DNA from: Eledone cirrhosa
Lineage: Eukaryota
DNA length: 64,000 bases
NCBI GenBank assembly: GCA_964016885.1
Contig: OZ024743.1
Span: 274,474,001 to 274,538,000, forward strand
Direction of reading: 5' to 3'
Shown: one piece after another, positions 13,446 to 27,527 of the stretch
How positions within the stretch are numbered: position 1 is the stretch's first letter
Layout: each line of letters begins with the position of its first letter
Program-made: the position numbers and the translations under genes
Notes under the pieces: model-generated
What the model was told of the DNA's origin: nothing
Databases searched by the model: none
Seen by the model: the letters and a program-made list of their open reading frames with translations, nothing else

Positions 13446-16400
13446 CAGACAATGCATGCTGTTGGAGTAGAGCTGACCTCCGACTAAACAACAACAGACA
13501 ATGCATGCTGTTGGAGTAGAGTTGACCTCCGACTAAACAACAACAGACAATGCATGCTGTTGGAGTAGAGCTGACCTCCGACTAAACAACAACAGACAAT
13601 GCATGCTGTTGGAGTAGAGTTGACCTCCGACTAAACAACAACAGACAATGCATGCTGTTGGAGTAGAGTTGACCTCCGACTAAACAACAACAGACAATGC
13701 ATGCTGTTAGAGTAGAGCTGACCTCCGACTAAACAACAACAGACAATGCATGCTGTTAGAGTAGAGCTGACCTCCGACTAAACAACAACAGACAATGCAT
13801 GCTGTTAGAGTAGAGCTGACCTCCGACTAAACAACAACAGACAATGCATGCTGTTGGAGTAGAGCTGACCTCCGACTAAACAACAACAGACAATGCATGC
13901 TGTTGGAGTAGAGTTGACCTCCGACTAAACAACAACAGACAATGCATGCTGTTGGAGTAGAGTTGACCTCCGACTAAACAACAACAGACAATGCATGCTG
14001 TTGGAGTAGAGTTGACCTCCGACTAAACAACAACAGACAATGCATGCTGTTGGAGTAGAGTTGACCTCCGACTAAACAACAACAGACAATGCATGCTGTT
14101 GGAGTAGAGCTGACCTCCGACTAAACAACAACAGACAATGCATGCTGTTGGAGTAGAGTTGACCTCCGACTAAACAACAACAGACAATGCATGCTGTTGG
14201 AGTAGAGCTGACCTCCGACTAAACAACAACAGACAATGCATGCTGTTGGAGTAGAGCTGACCTCCGACTAAACAACAACAGACATTGCATGCTGTTAGAG
14301 TAGAGCTGACCTCCGACTAAACAACAACAGACAATGCATGCTGTTGGAGTAGAGTTGACCTCCGACTAAACAACAACAGACAATGCATGCTGTTGGAGTA
14401 GAGCTGACCTCCGACTAAACAACAACAGACAATGCATGCTGTTGGAGTAGAGCTGACCTCCGACTAAACAACAACAGACAATGCATGCTGTTGGAGTAGA
14501 GCTGACCTCCGACTAAACAACAACAGACAATGCATGCTGTTGGAGTAGAGCTGACCTCCGACTAAACAACAACAGACATTGCATGCTGTTAGAGTAGAGC
14601 TGACCTCCGACTAAACAACAACAGACAATGCATGCTGTTGGAGTAGAGTTGACCTCCGACTAAACAACAACAGACAATGCATGCTGTTGGAGTAGAGCTG
14701 ACCTCCGACTAAACAACAACAGACAATGCATGCTGTTAGAGTAGAGCTGACCTCCGACTAAACAACAACAGACATTGCATGCTGTTGGAGTAGAGCTGAC
14801 CTCCGACTAAACAACAACAGACAATGCATGCTGTTGGAGTAGAGCTGACCTCCGACTAAACAACAACAGACAATGCATGCTGTTGGAGTAGAGTTGACCT
14901 CCGACTAAACAACAACAGACAATGCATGCTGTTGGAGTAGAGCTGACCTCCGACTAAACAACAACAGACAATGCATGCTGTTGGAGTAGAGCTGACCTCC
15001 GACTAAACAACAACAGACAATGCATGCTGTTGGAGTAGAGTTGACCTCCGACTAAACAACAACAGACAATGCATGCTGTTGGAGTAGAGTTGACCTCCGA
15101 CTAAACAACAACAGACATTGCATGCTGTTAGAGTAGAGCTGACCTCCGACTAAACAACAACAGACAATGCATGCTGTTGGAGTAGAGTTGACCTCCGACT
15201 AAACAACAACAGACAATGCATGCTGTTGGAGTAGAGCTGACCTCCGACTAAACAACAACAGACAATGCATGCTGTTAGAGTAGAGCTGACCTCCGACTAA
15301 ACAACAACAGACAATGCATGCTGTTGGAGTAGAGTTGACCTCCGACTAAACAACAACAGACAATGCATGCTGTTAGAGTAGAGCTGACCTCCGACTAAAC
15401 AACAACAGACAATGCATGCTGTTAGAGTAGAGCTGACCTCCGACTAAACAACAACAGACAATGCATGCTGTTGGAGTAGAGTTGACCTCCGACTAAACAA
15501 CAACAGACAATGCATGCTGTTGGAGTAGAGTTGACCTCCGACTAAACAACAACAGACAATGCATGCTGTTGGAGTAGAGTTGACCTCCGACTAAACAACA
15601 ACAGACAATGCATGCTGTTGGAGTAGAGTTGACCTCCGACTAAACAACAACAGACAATGCATGCTGTTAGAGTAGAGCTGACCTCCGACTAAACAACAAC
15701 AGACAATGCATGCTGTTAGAGTAGAGCTGACCTCCGACTAAACAACAACAGACAATGCATGCTGTTGGAGTAGAGCTGACCTCCGACTAAACAACAACAG
15801 ACAATGCATGCTGTTGGAGTAGAGTTGACCTCCGACTAAACAACAACAGACAATGCATGCTGTTGGAGTAGAGTTGACCTCCGACTAAACAACAACAGAC
15901 AATGCATGCTGTTGGAGTAGAGCTGACCTCCGACTAAACAACAACAGACAATGCATGCTGTTGGAGTAGAGCTGACCTCCGACTAAACAACAACAGACAT
16001 TGCATGCTGTTAGAGTAGAGCTGACCTCCGACTAAACAACAACAGACATTGCATGCTGTTAGAGTAGAGCTGACCTCCGACTAAACAACAACAGACAATG
16101 CATGCTGTTAGAGTAGAGCTGACCTCCGACTAAACAACAACAGACAATGCATGCTGTTGGAGTAGAGCTGACCTCCGACTAAACAACAACAGACAATGCA
16201 TGCTGTTGGAGTAGAGTTGACCTCCGACTAAACAACAACAGACAATGCATGCTGTTGGAGTAGAGTTGACCTCCGACTAAACAACAACAGACAATGCATG
16301 CTGTTAGAGTAGAGCTGACCTCCGACTAAACAACAACAGACAATGCATGCTGTTAGAGTAGAGCTGACCTCCGACTAAACAACAACAGACAATGCATGCT

Positions 16401-17125
16401 GTTGGAGTAGAGCTGACCTCCGACTAAACAACAACAGACAATGCATGCTGTTGGAGTAGAGTTGACCTCCGACTAAACAACAACAGACAATGCATGCTGT
16501 TGGAGTAGAGTTGACCTCCGACTAAACAACAACAGACAATGCATGCTGTTGGAGTAGAGCTGACCTCCGACTAAACAACAACAGACAATGCATGCTGTTG
16601 GAGTAGAGCTGACCTCCGACTAAACAACAACAGACATTGCATGCTGTTAGAGTAGAGCTGACCTCCGACTAAACAACAACAGACATTGCATGCTGTTAGA
16701 GTAGAGCTGACCTCCGACTAAACAACAACAGACAATGCATGCTGTTGGAGTAGAGTTGACCTCCGACTAAACAACAACAGACAATGCATGCTGTTAGAGT
16801 AGAGCTGACCTCCGACTAAACAACAACAGACAATGCATGCTGTTGGAGTAGAGTTGACCTCCGACTAAACAACAACAGACATTGCATGCTGTTGGAGTAG
16901 AGTTGACCTCCGACTAAACAACAACAGACAATGCATGCTGTTGGAGTAGAGCTGACCTCCGACTAAACAACAACAGACATTGCATGCTGTTGGAGTAGAG
17001 TTGACCTCCGACTAAACAACAACAGACATTGCATGCTGTTAGAGTAGAGCTGACCTCCGACTAAACAACAACAGACATTGCATGCTGTTAGAGTAGAGCT
17101 GACCTCCGACTAAACAACAACAACA
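13445..17125 (+). repeat. Minisatellite: 75 tandem copies of a 49-bp unit
   Basis: Unit acagaca(a/t)tgcatgctgtt(g/a)gagtagag(c/t)tgacctccgactaaacaaca; exact 49-bp register from 13445 to 17071; only three variable positions. Confidence 0.97.
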
Positions 17126-17641
17126 TCTATAAACAAAATAAATATATTATATAGTCATTGGTGGATGAAGCAACAATTTGACTAAAAAGCTATTAAAGTG
17201 TAATTAGCGAGAAGAAGCATAAATTAATATATAAAGTGCGTTAGATTACTAGGACAGACAGAGGGGAATGAGAGGTTGTGGGTGTAGTTATTATGACAGA
17301 GGGAGGAAGAGAGAATGTGTGTGTGTGTGTATGTGTGTGTGTTTGTGTGTATGTGTTTCTGTGTGTGTGTGTGTATGTTTGTTTTTCTATGAGGAGCAAG
17401 AAAAAATAAATAAATATGTGTTTATGCGTGTATGTGTTTGTATATTAAGATAGAGGGTATGCGTATATGAGTATCTTCATGTGTGTTAGGACAGTGTGTG
17501 TAAGAGAGGGGGAGGGAGACGAGATATTTATTTTAACGGGAAATATGTTGGATAAGAGATAAGTGTATTCGAAAAGACGAGCAATCATTTACGGCGATGA
17601 TGGGGATGATGATGATGATTATGATGATGATAGTGATGATA

Positions 17642-17678
<37 letters not shown>

Positions 17679-17819
17679 GTTACGGCGCAGTGATCCGTGT
17701 TGGCGACCAAATGAAGGACCACCCCGGATGGTATAATGAAAAATGACAAAGATAAGGGAAGTTGTTTAATTTCTAACGAAAATGACAACAACAGAGGAAC
17801 CAGAGGCCAAGGGTAGTAT

Positions 17820-17944
17820 CAGTGACGTAGCTAGAGTGTGTGCCATCCGGGGCAGCCTTTCAGTTTGCTGCCTTCGGGCCCCCACAAAAAATACATATTG
17901 CTCTTAATATATAAATTAAGGGCAATATGTATATACTCTTGACG

Positions 17945-17978
<34 letters not shown>

Positions 17979-18439
17979 TAACCTGCAGTCCAGGTTATTC
18001 GAGGAATTTTCCTTAGAACCTAACTAATAATTGTTCGTGAAAACCACCGCATATTCGCGGAATCGTAAATATCTTCCGCAATTTTTTTATGGCTTTTTCG
18101 TGGCAATATATATTTTTTTCACTCGTTTTAATGCTAAATTATTAATAACAGCATACCGTGTTTGCCGGCCTATATTATACGTTATTTTGACGTTTATAGG
18201 CATTTTTATAGACCACGTCCAATATTCGCGAATTTTTTTAACTCTTCGCGAGTGCTCTAGAAAGGTAACCCCCTCGAATACCGGTGGACAACTGTATATA
18301 TATATTAACTAGTCTGTGTACAATTATAATATTATGCTGTATTAAGAACGCTTATAGCCTACAACAGACCCTAAAGTGCTGCCCCCATAAAAGTATCATG
18401 CGGGTCGGACCCCCCCCCCCACCTCTAGTTACGCTACTG
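17820..18439. mobile_element. hAT-type MITE with a nested pogo/Tigger-like MITE (about 17975-18295) in an internal (TA)n
   Basis: TIRs cagtgacgtagctagag / ctctagttacgctactg; 8-bp TSD ggtagtat/agtagtat. The inner element ends ccctcgaataccggtggacaactg-ta. Confidence 0.75.
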
Positions 18440-20409
18440 AGTAGTATGATTGCTATTTAACACTCAAAAACATTCCAGTCATGATCATCCCGATTTTTGT
18501 CAAGGTATTTTACTAGTCATTTTAAAATAATGATGTGTCCTATATATTTTACGATAGTAGGGTGTGGTTTGAGTGATATTTGATGGCTATTTCTAGCATG
18601 TTTATTCAAAACAAGTATTTATATTTATTAATGAAAAGATAAAAAAAAATAAAAGTATTTATACTTCCTTTTTTAGTCAATAAATGGAGCGAAATTATCA
18701 TTGACAAACATGCGTTAAAGTTTTTCCTGTTTTTTATTTTATTTTTTTATTTTTTCAAGGTTTTCATATTTAGTTTAGCTGTTTCCCACTTTAACACTGA
18801 CAGAAAGTTATAGTCAGTATGGATGGGTTTGGTGTTAGGGCAAACAAATGATTTTATAATTGGGCGACCCAGCATCGCTGTCCGAGTGATACAGGCCTGG
18901 ACTGGGTGGAGTGGCTTTCATTTGAGCGTGGAGCGCATGAGTAGGCTGCCTCATAGCCCCAGCGGACAGAATAGAGAAAACGGTACTCCGGGGGATGGTC
19001 AGGCAGACTCGTTGGAATAGACATTCCAACGCTTATGATCGGCTCCTGCAAGTAGTCAGCCAGCTCGGCCCCGACGATAGTAGTAAGTAGGGATGTGGTC
19101 CTGGAGTAAAAAACAGCTGAACTCTCCATTGCTACAGGTTTGACCACAAACCTTATGGAGAGCAACCGATATTTTGATAGTTTGTCCTCTCCAGCCTGAC
19201 GAGCAGCGATGCCTGGGTTAGTTGCCGATGTTTGAACTTTATTACGAATCTCAATTAGTATTTTTATCTCCTTCTGAAATTAAATCTTGTTCTTTCTTAA
19301 GACACTTAATTGATTCTCACGGTGCACAGTTTGGGAACCTCTGTCGTAGGGGCTCCCTAACTGGTTGTTGTGCTTGGCTGGCTAGCTAGTTGGTTCGCTG
19401 ATTGATTGATTACTTACTTGCAGCATGAATGATGATGAAGGACCAAGCTGTGAGAGGGGTGTAATTAGTGGTGGGTATTAAGGGTTAGGTGAAGTCAATT
19501 GCTGATTTACGTTGCAAAGATTAATAAAAGACAAAATCAGTAGAGAAAAAAGTATATTTGGATATTCACACACATCCTCTCCCTCAGTGTCAGTGAGTAT
19601 GTGCACGCGTTGGGCTTCCGTCGTTTCCGAGAACAAGTGTTACATTTGTTTGAAGAACGGAATCGCATGCTGGGAAGATTAACATGCAAGTGACTGAGCA
19701 TTCCACATACACGTATTTCACACTCTGTGACCTCGGTGGCCCTTTGAATTACAGATACAACTCATATATTCCAGTCAAATGAACTGGAACAATGTGAAAT
19801 AAGTGTCGTGTTCAAAAACACAATGCAACGTCGGGAATCGAACTCGCAGCCTTACGATCCTGAACCGAACACTTTATCCCATAATTCATACGCCTTCACA
19901 AACATGTAGATATTTACACATATCCGTTGCATATAAGTAAATGGATCTCAGTTGATTTCAGCGACAAAAGTTTAGTTGTTCAAACAACTACTCAATGAAT
20001 TACTAGTAGAATCTAACCGACATGTTTGTAAACACGTTCCCATATAGCATATTCGTCCCACGATTTTTGGAATGAGCCGAAGCTATGGTAAAAGACACTT
20101 GCTTATGACCACTTGCTTAGGATCAAACACGTTTTTGCGAAGTGAACTCCTTAAACATTTGGTCATGCTACTTACATAGACACACACGCACACATAGACA
20201 CAGAAGAGTATCTATCATATTGTATATGTTCCTACCTACCTTTATACGAGTGTCACGCTTTAAGCATTAACTAGAGAACGAAGTCAAAGACATATTGGAA
20301 ATCCTTAATGCAATGAAAGTGTTACGCTTTTAATAACTGTAATCATGGAAAGAAATCAAAGATGTAATCGAACTTTTTAACAAGTACGATTGTTAAACTT
20401 TAAACAACA

Positions 20410-20822
20410 CCCACAAAATTATTAACCATGTTGCCAACAACCCAGAGTACCTTTTTGAATTCCATGTGTCTAACACACGTGGACATGCTTACAAAGTCAG
20501 AAAACAACACAGCTCCCATGACTTTCGAAAACATTTTTTCAAACTCAGAGTTGCTGAAGGATGGAACAAACTACCTGTATCAATTGTTAGCTGCCGAGAC
20601 ACTGCATCCTTTAAAACCTCCATGCTTCCTGAAATTTGCCAACACTACACTTGATATCTCCCCCCCCCCCCTCCATACACAAGCGCACATGTATATCATG
20701 ACTTATACACTGTTCACTTTTCTGACATTTGTACATTATTCTATATACTATACATGAACCTTTGATGAGTTGTAGTGCACCTGGGCACTGTACACAATAA
20801 TTTCATTAATAATATTATTATT
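20410..20822 (+). mobile_element. CR1/L2-type LINE 3' fragment
   Basis: ORF 20466-20654 NTRGHAYKV...RKHFFKLRVAEGWNKLP is the CR1-clade ORF2 C-terminal signature; the fragment ends in an (att)n tail. Confidence 0.85.
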
Positions 20823-21623
20823 AACTATATAACGGAAGGGAAAGCAAGATCGAAATTTTTAACATAATGAAACAAAGGACATTGTTACGGTTTAAACAAC
20901 CTGATCTATAGAAGAATGAAACTGACGGCATAATCGAAATCTTTAAAACTTTTAATACCAACCCGCCTGAAACTGGCCATATTTTATGATAGCTGTTTGT
21001 TTTAAAAGTGTTTATATTTTGCTAAAACCTTTCCAGCATTTCTATTTTATGTTAAGTTATGTTCCAAACACCAAGTTAATAATGATTAAGTTAATTATAT
21101 TTATTAATTTTCTCCAAATTCTTATTTCATAAGTAAATGTAAAAATGCTGAATTTTTTTTTTTTTTTTCATAGGCCCTACTTATACTCCATGTTAAAAAA
21201 GACAAGGGTGTTGAGGATATGTGCATTACTGTTACTCAGAACAAACGCTAATGAGCTGGGTGGTTCTATGATAAGACAGGAGAGGATGGACGAATTCATC
21301 TCACGAATCCATCTTCCTCTCTCTCTCACACACATACATATGCAAACAAAATATGCACATACAATGACAGCATAATAAGTGAAATGACAGGGGCATGGAA
21401 TATGTCCATTACTGATACACTCAAAGAAAATAAAAATCTACTTTATTGAGTGGGTGGCAGTGAATGACGCTGAGTGGGAGGTACACACACGCGTGCGCAC
21501 ATATACACATATCATACGTATGTCTTTATGTACAATGAATTGAATGTTCTCTTTCTTTGAAGTATTCATTGCTCACTGTATTTCAATATATATAAGGACA
21601 CACTCACACACACACACATAATC

Positions 21624-21656
<33 letters not shown>

Positions 21657-23961
21657 CATATATATGTGTGTGTGTCCTTACATATATTGAAATACAGTGA
21701 GCAGTGAATATATATATACTATATATATATATATATACACACAAATTACAATCATACCCGTCCCTGTCCGTTCCCTCCACCCATGCTCAGCACCTGGCAT
21801 TTTCAAATGGAGGAGGTAGAAGGGGGCAGCAGAGTATTGTGTTCTGACAATATTGCAGGTAGTAAGTGAAGGATTGGGTATAAATTAAAGAGACATTTAA
21901 TTAATTCTGTACTGCTCTGGACAAAGGTGTTTTCCTATAATAACTCATCCCCTTATCAAGCAAGCAAACAGTCCAATATCTACCAATCATAACCATACCA
22001 TCTTATTTTCAGACAAAGTAGATCTAGGACTACATAATTTAATGCAACTGCATAATCTAAAGACGATAGGGTATAATATGAGAGTGATTTCTCTGCTATT
22101 TCTTGAGTGAATTCATAGAACAGGGATCCCCCAAATTTATTTGACCATCAACCCCTACAGGGAATCCTTGAGCTCACGTTGACTCCAGGCATGTATAAAA
22201 ATATATAAATTAGTAAATAAAGTCTTTAAATAAAGTCTTTAAATATTTAAATGAGAAAACTGTATAAGGAAGGAAGTTGTATTTTATTGTAATATTTCAT
22301 GAATTGTTATTAGGCTTTGATTCATAAGTTCAATAGTCCCCTTGGGTAGTCTTATCTGTCCCTATAAGTCTATGTGGTCCACGTGTGAGGACTCTTTGCG
22401 TAGAATTGTTGGGATTGGTGTTGGTTATGCTGCTGCTTGGTAGCTTGGAAAAGAAAGGAATGCGCAGTGCACACGGATCAGAAGGAGGGAAGCAGGGAGC
22501 TAGGTATCCTCAAACAGGTGGCCTGGCCAGAATGATTGCTACAGCACGGACTCCGCTAAAGACACTTAAGGGCCTAGTGGAGGGGTTAAGCCGGGTGACT
22601 GATCCAATCTATCATCGAAATAGGTTTCAGCGGGTTTTGAACTCAAAAGGCAAAAAGTCGGAACAAATACTATTAGGCATCTCGTTGTTGTTATATTTAG
22701 AACTATATTTTCCAATATGAACTTTCTGTTTTAGGACTGATTTTAGTCAGAATGACTGCTTTTCTATCAGGTTGAGAGATAAGACTGAATTCGGTTCGTT
22801 CGTGGTGTCTTCATATTAATGTAATAATTATAGTGGTGGTGTTGTTATCATACGTGATGCATTAGTGGTAATAGTGGTGTTAGAGTTAGTGTTTATGTCA
22901 TAGAAGATGCATAGAAGATGCATTGATGGTGATAGTAATGAGGTTGTCACAATAGTTACTGTACTGATAATGGTGGTCACTAGTGCTGGTGGTTTTGTCA
23001 TAGTAGATGTATAGGTAGTAGTGATGATAGTAATAAGGCTGCCACGATAGATACGGTGGTAATAATGGTGGTAGTGGTAGTGCTGGTGGTTTTGTCATAG
23101 TAGATGTATATGTAGCTTTGTTGGTGATGGTAGATGGGGGAATATATGATAGGTTAGAGTTGCTAGCAAGATAGACATACTGGAAGATATGAGTTGACTT
23201 GTTTTAACGGATGAATGTTTATTTAGTATCATGTTTTACAGTGTTACTGCGTGTATACATATTAAAAAGGAAATTGGTTTACATTTTTAAAGTTTTAAAA
23301 TTGTTCATTATCTATATACTCATTTTAGATTACATTTTTCATGTATGGTGGGGTAATTATTTACATTATTATTATTATTATTTTTAATATTATTATTATT
23401 ATTATTGTTGTTCTTGTTCTTGTTAATCTATTTGTGAGGGTGCACATTTTTTATAGAAAAATGTGGACTGATTTTCACATTCCACAGATATTTCTTCATA
23501 ACTCCCACATCATGTTTTGACAAGTACACAAACACGCACCCATACATATATACATACATACATGCATACACACATACATACATACATACATACATACATA
23601 CATACATACATACATACATACATACATACATACATACATACATACACACACACTCCAAATTGTCTATACCTTTAGTTTTGTACTTGTGATCATTGGGGCA
23701 CATGGATATATTACTAACCATCTCAGTACAAACCTTGAGAATTTTGAGCTTCACAGAACCAGCAAAAGCACAGCTTGTTAGGGAATTACTAGTACAGTTC
23801 ATTAATTGAAGTCTAAAAATGTGTAAAACAACCCAGACATTTATCATATATACATAAACTGCATCTACACACCTATATAGAAACATAGGTATATGTGCAC
23901 ATATAACCAAAACACATCCACACGTTCAATGACATAAATGCCTGCAAATACGTACATACGT

Positions 23962-24033
<72 letters not shown>

Positions 24034-24099
24034 TTAAATGTTATATCAGTACATGCACAGTACAGAATGTAACAGACATGTAAAACAGTGATGATGATA

Positions 24100-24134
<35 letters not shown>

Positions 24135-24552
24135 GCATACACGCATACATACATACATACATACATACATACATACATACATACATACATACATACATAC
24201 ATACATACATACATACATACATACATACATACACATTAGCTGTTGAAGTGACCTGGTTACTGTGGACAGTTGACAGATGGTTTCACTAGTTAAATAAATA
24301 AGCCAATTGTATTAGTTAATAGATATACAACCATGTCTTTTATAATTAAGTAAATGGACATGTACTGAATTCTGTATTCAAAAATTATTCTTAATTAATT
24401 GAAATTTCTCTATAATTAGAGAAAGAACATAGTGGAAAGTATTTAGCAACTAGCAATGTCAAGGAGAGATAACTACATTAAATTAAGCTTTAATTCTCAA
24501 GTTAATTTACATACTTATGTAAATAAAATGTTTATCTTCGTTTGTAGTAGAG

Positions 24553-24851
24553 CAGCATTTCTCAACTGGTGTTCCCCGGAACCCTAGGGTTCCACAAGAG
24601 GGCGCTAAGGGTTCCGTGAGAAATACTGATAGATAAGCTAATGGATTTTTGAGTAATTTTTTATTCAGCTTATATTCGTAATTATACTATACATGTGGGA
24701 CATATTGTTGGAATATCTTCGGTTATTTTAATAAAAGCTCTTATATTATTTAAAACTAGGTCTCATATAATATTTTTTTATAAAGGGGTTCCCTGAGACA
24801 TGAAAACTATTTCAAGAGGTCCATGACGGTAAAAATGGTTGAGAAACGCTG
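24553..24851. mobile_element. hAT/Charlie-like MITE
   Basis: TIRs cagcatttctcaac / gttgagaaacgctg with gggttcc subterminal repeats. Confidence 0.8.
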
Positions 24852-24975
24852 CAGACAAATAGGACAAATACGTGCATGTTTCGGCATAGAAGCCCTGATC
24901 ACCATAGTGTATTTAACTAAATATCCTAATCATTAGATATATTTTTGGCTTAGAGGACAAGAGGTATGAATAATA

Positions 24976-25052
24976 CAGGGTGGGGCATAAATATCTCCCA
25001 CATTTTGAAGGGATATGAAAAAGAATGTCGAAGATGTTTATGCCCCACCCTG
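24976..25052. mobile_element. 77-bp Tc1/mariner-type mini-MITE
   Basis: Perfect 16-bp TIR cagggtggggcataaa / tttatgccccaccctg flanked by TA. Confidence 0.8.
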
Positions 25053-25788
25053 TATTTGGCGTCAATATATTTTGGATAATTAAAAATATATATTAAAATA
25101 ATTTAGATCTTTGAAGATTTAGAATAGGATTTAATAAGATATAATAGATTGTCGAGATATTTCCCAACATTGAACTACGGTTCAATTATCATAACGGACA
25201 GTGGACAAACTCCAACTCCACTACCATCACTAAACAGGATTTTAACTCAGAACGATTGAACAATTACCAGATCCGACACTTTAACCATTCCGCCAATACA
25301 CCGCATCCCTTGATTCCCCATCGTGTTTGGATAGTGCTGTAGTATTTTCCAGGTGACGACGGGAGAACGTGCAGACGATCTTTGAATGCGTTCCTACCAA
25401 CCTTATGTAGTTGATTGAGAGATAGTTAAGGACACGTCAATGCAGTAACCGCTGTTTCGGACGTTTTTTTTTTTTTTTTAAGCATTTACCTTATATGTAA
25501 CTGACATTCATACAGCGGCAACTGCATGTCGACTTTTCTTGTTGATGTGACCGCAGAATATCTGTACTGTGATCCTGCATGTCCCTCATACAGCCAAACC
25601 CCATATTCACATTTAATCTTCCAGAAAACAACTAGTAGAATATGTGTTTCCGACACCTTTTTTCTTTTTACGTTAATGCGATATGGTGGATTGTATCCTC
25701 TAACAATTCTAATACCACTGTGAGACTCATGCTTCTGTTCGATTAGTTTTTGATTTTCTCTAAATATTTTTCTTTTTACTCTTTGCAG

Positions 25789-25991
25789 CCCAGTGAGTCC
25801 GGAACAGTGCAAACATAGAGGTGCAGCTATTCAGTTTATAGTGATGGACCACGACTTCATGTTCCAAAACGACATTGGAGGGGAAGCTTATATCCCACTG
25901 AGTGAAATTCCTGGTGTTAACGGAGCGGAAGTGACTGGATTCGAGGCCTTGAACATAATTTCCATGCCACTAATGCACCCTAGACATAAAG
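25789..25991 (+). CDS. BAIAP3: Munc13-4/BAIAP3-family C2B exon (PVSPEQCKHRGAAIQFIVMDHDFMFQNDIGGEAYIPLSEIPGV...MHPRHK)
   Basis: ttgcag acceptor and gtgagt donor at 25992; 203 nt, phase 2 to phase 1. Contains the C2 loop-3 motif D-H-D-x4-N-D-x-x-G-E-A. Confidence 0.93.
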
Positions 25992-26029
25992 GTGAGTTAC
26001 ACATATGATTTCATGTATAATGTAGTTCT

Positions 26030-27145
26030 CTTCTTCTTCTTCTTCTTCTTCTTCTTCTTCTTCTTCTTCTTCTTCTTCTTCTTCTTCTTCTTCTTCTTCT
26101 TCTTCTTCTTCTTCTTCGTTCACTTATTCCTGAGAGGGTCGTGGGGACAGAGTCCTCAAACGTTCCCTCCAGCGGGTCCTGTCAGAAGCAACCGTCTGCA
26201 ACTGATCCGGATGGGATCCCCAAGCGTGACCAATCAAACTCATGGATATTATCCATCTTGCTCGGGGTCTACCCCTGGGTCTCTTTCCGGCTGCTTTTGC
26301 GCGTAAAATCTGTCCAGCGATTCTTTCCTGACTCATTCTAACCACATGCCCGAGCTACACACTCTATCGAATAACGTTGCTCCAAAGACCCTTCAGAGAA
26401 ACCCTATTTCGACCGCTTGTATTCGCGATCGTATTCTTTCGGTCATTACACAAGATTCGTGGGTTTTTACACCTACCTCTCTTCTTCTGATTATCGAATG
26501 CCGAAGCTGGCGTATTACTGTACCAGCTCCTGCAATTATTGCACTTAATTCAGCCTCCTGTGTTCCATTACTCGTGAACACACACGAAGTACTTGAACTT
26601 TCCAACCTGCTTCATTGGAACTCCATTCACATGTAGAGTGCATTGCGCAGGCTTTCTTGGGAGAAGGAGTGTCTCAGTTTTCGCAGCACTGATTTTCAAT
26701 CTGGCCATGCAGCATTCGGCATCAGACCTATCAAATACATGTCGGAGATCACCTTCTTACGAGTTAAGTAATATCACATCCAACCCGGCTGCGCATGTCA
26801 ATCCTGTGTTCATGAAAACAGGAGAGGTGGCAGAGTCCAGCTCCTACATTAAATGGTTTCAATGTAGCACCATTTGTCCGAACACAAATACTCGGGCATA
26901 CATATCGAGACATGAGAGCAACAAGTAGCTGTCCATCGATCCCATACTCCTGCAGAACCTTCCACAGCAGGTCACGTGGAACGCGGTCCTATGCCTTTTC
27001 GAGGTCTACAAAACAAGAATATACTTCTTAGTACTCCCACATCTTCTCAAAGACCTGCCACAGTATAAATATTTGGTCGGCTGTGTTCCGTCCAGGGCCA
27101 AAACCACACTGTTCATCGGTTAGCTTGGACTCGACAATTTTCCTT
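26030..27145 (-). mobile_element. RTE-clade LINE remnant (RT domain to 3' end, (GAA)n tail)
   Basis: Minus-strand fragments include CFVDLEKA*DRVPRDLLWKVLQEYGI, RIRSRIQAVEIGFL and GKRPRGRPRARW, with stops and frameshifts; it starts about 40 bp after the exon-3 donor. Confidence 0.88.
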
Positions 27146-27469
27146 GCATCTCTGTCTGTGTCAGACACTTAGCATTGACTTTATTTAACCTCAGCAAAAT
27201 AGGGGAAAGTAATCGACAACGCGTCGTTTCTCGCTTTTTAGCATTGTGTGTGTGTATGTGAGTGTGTGTGTGTATGTGTGTGTCTGTATTTGTCTGTATG
27301 TGTGTGTCTCTCTCTGGCCATTTCTTTATCCAACTTTCTATCTCCCTATTGACATTTATTTATATTTTTTTCTCTACTATCTTTAAATCTCTATAGTTGT
27401 TCGTCTCTCCGTCCATCTTTTTCCTATTTATCCTTATATCTATATATATATCAAAGTACCTAGTTGTGT

Positions 27470-27527
<58 letters not shown>

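Noticed and set aside
13445-17125. CRISPR-like array
   Set aside because: Units are contiguous with no unique spacers, there are no cas genes, and the context is a eukaryotic intron.
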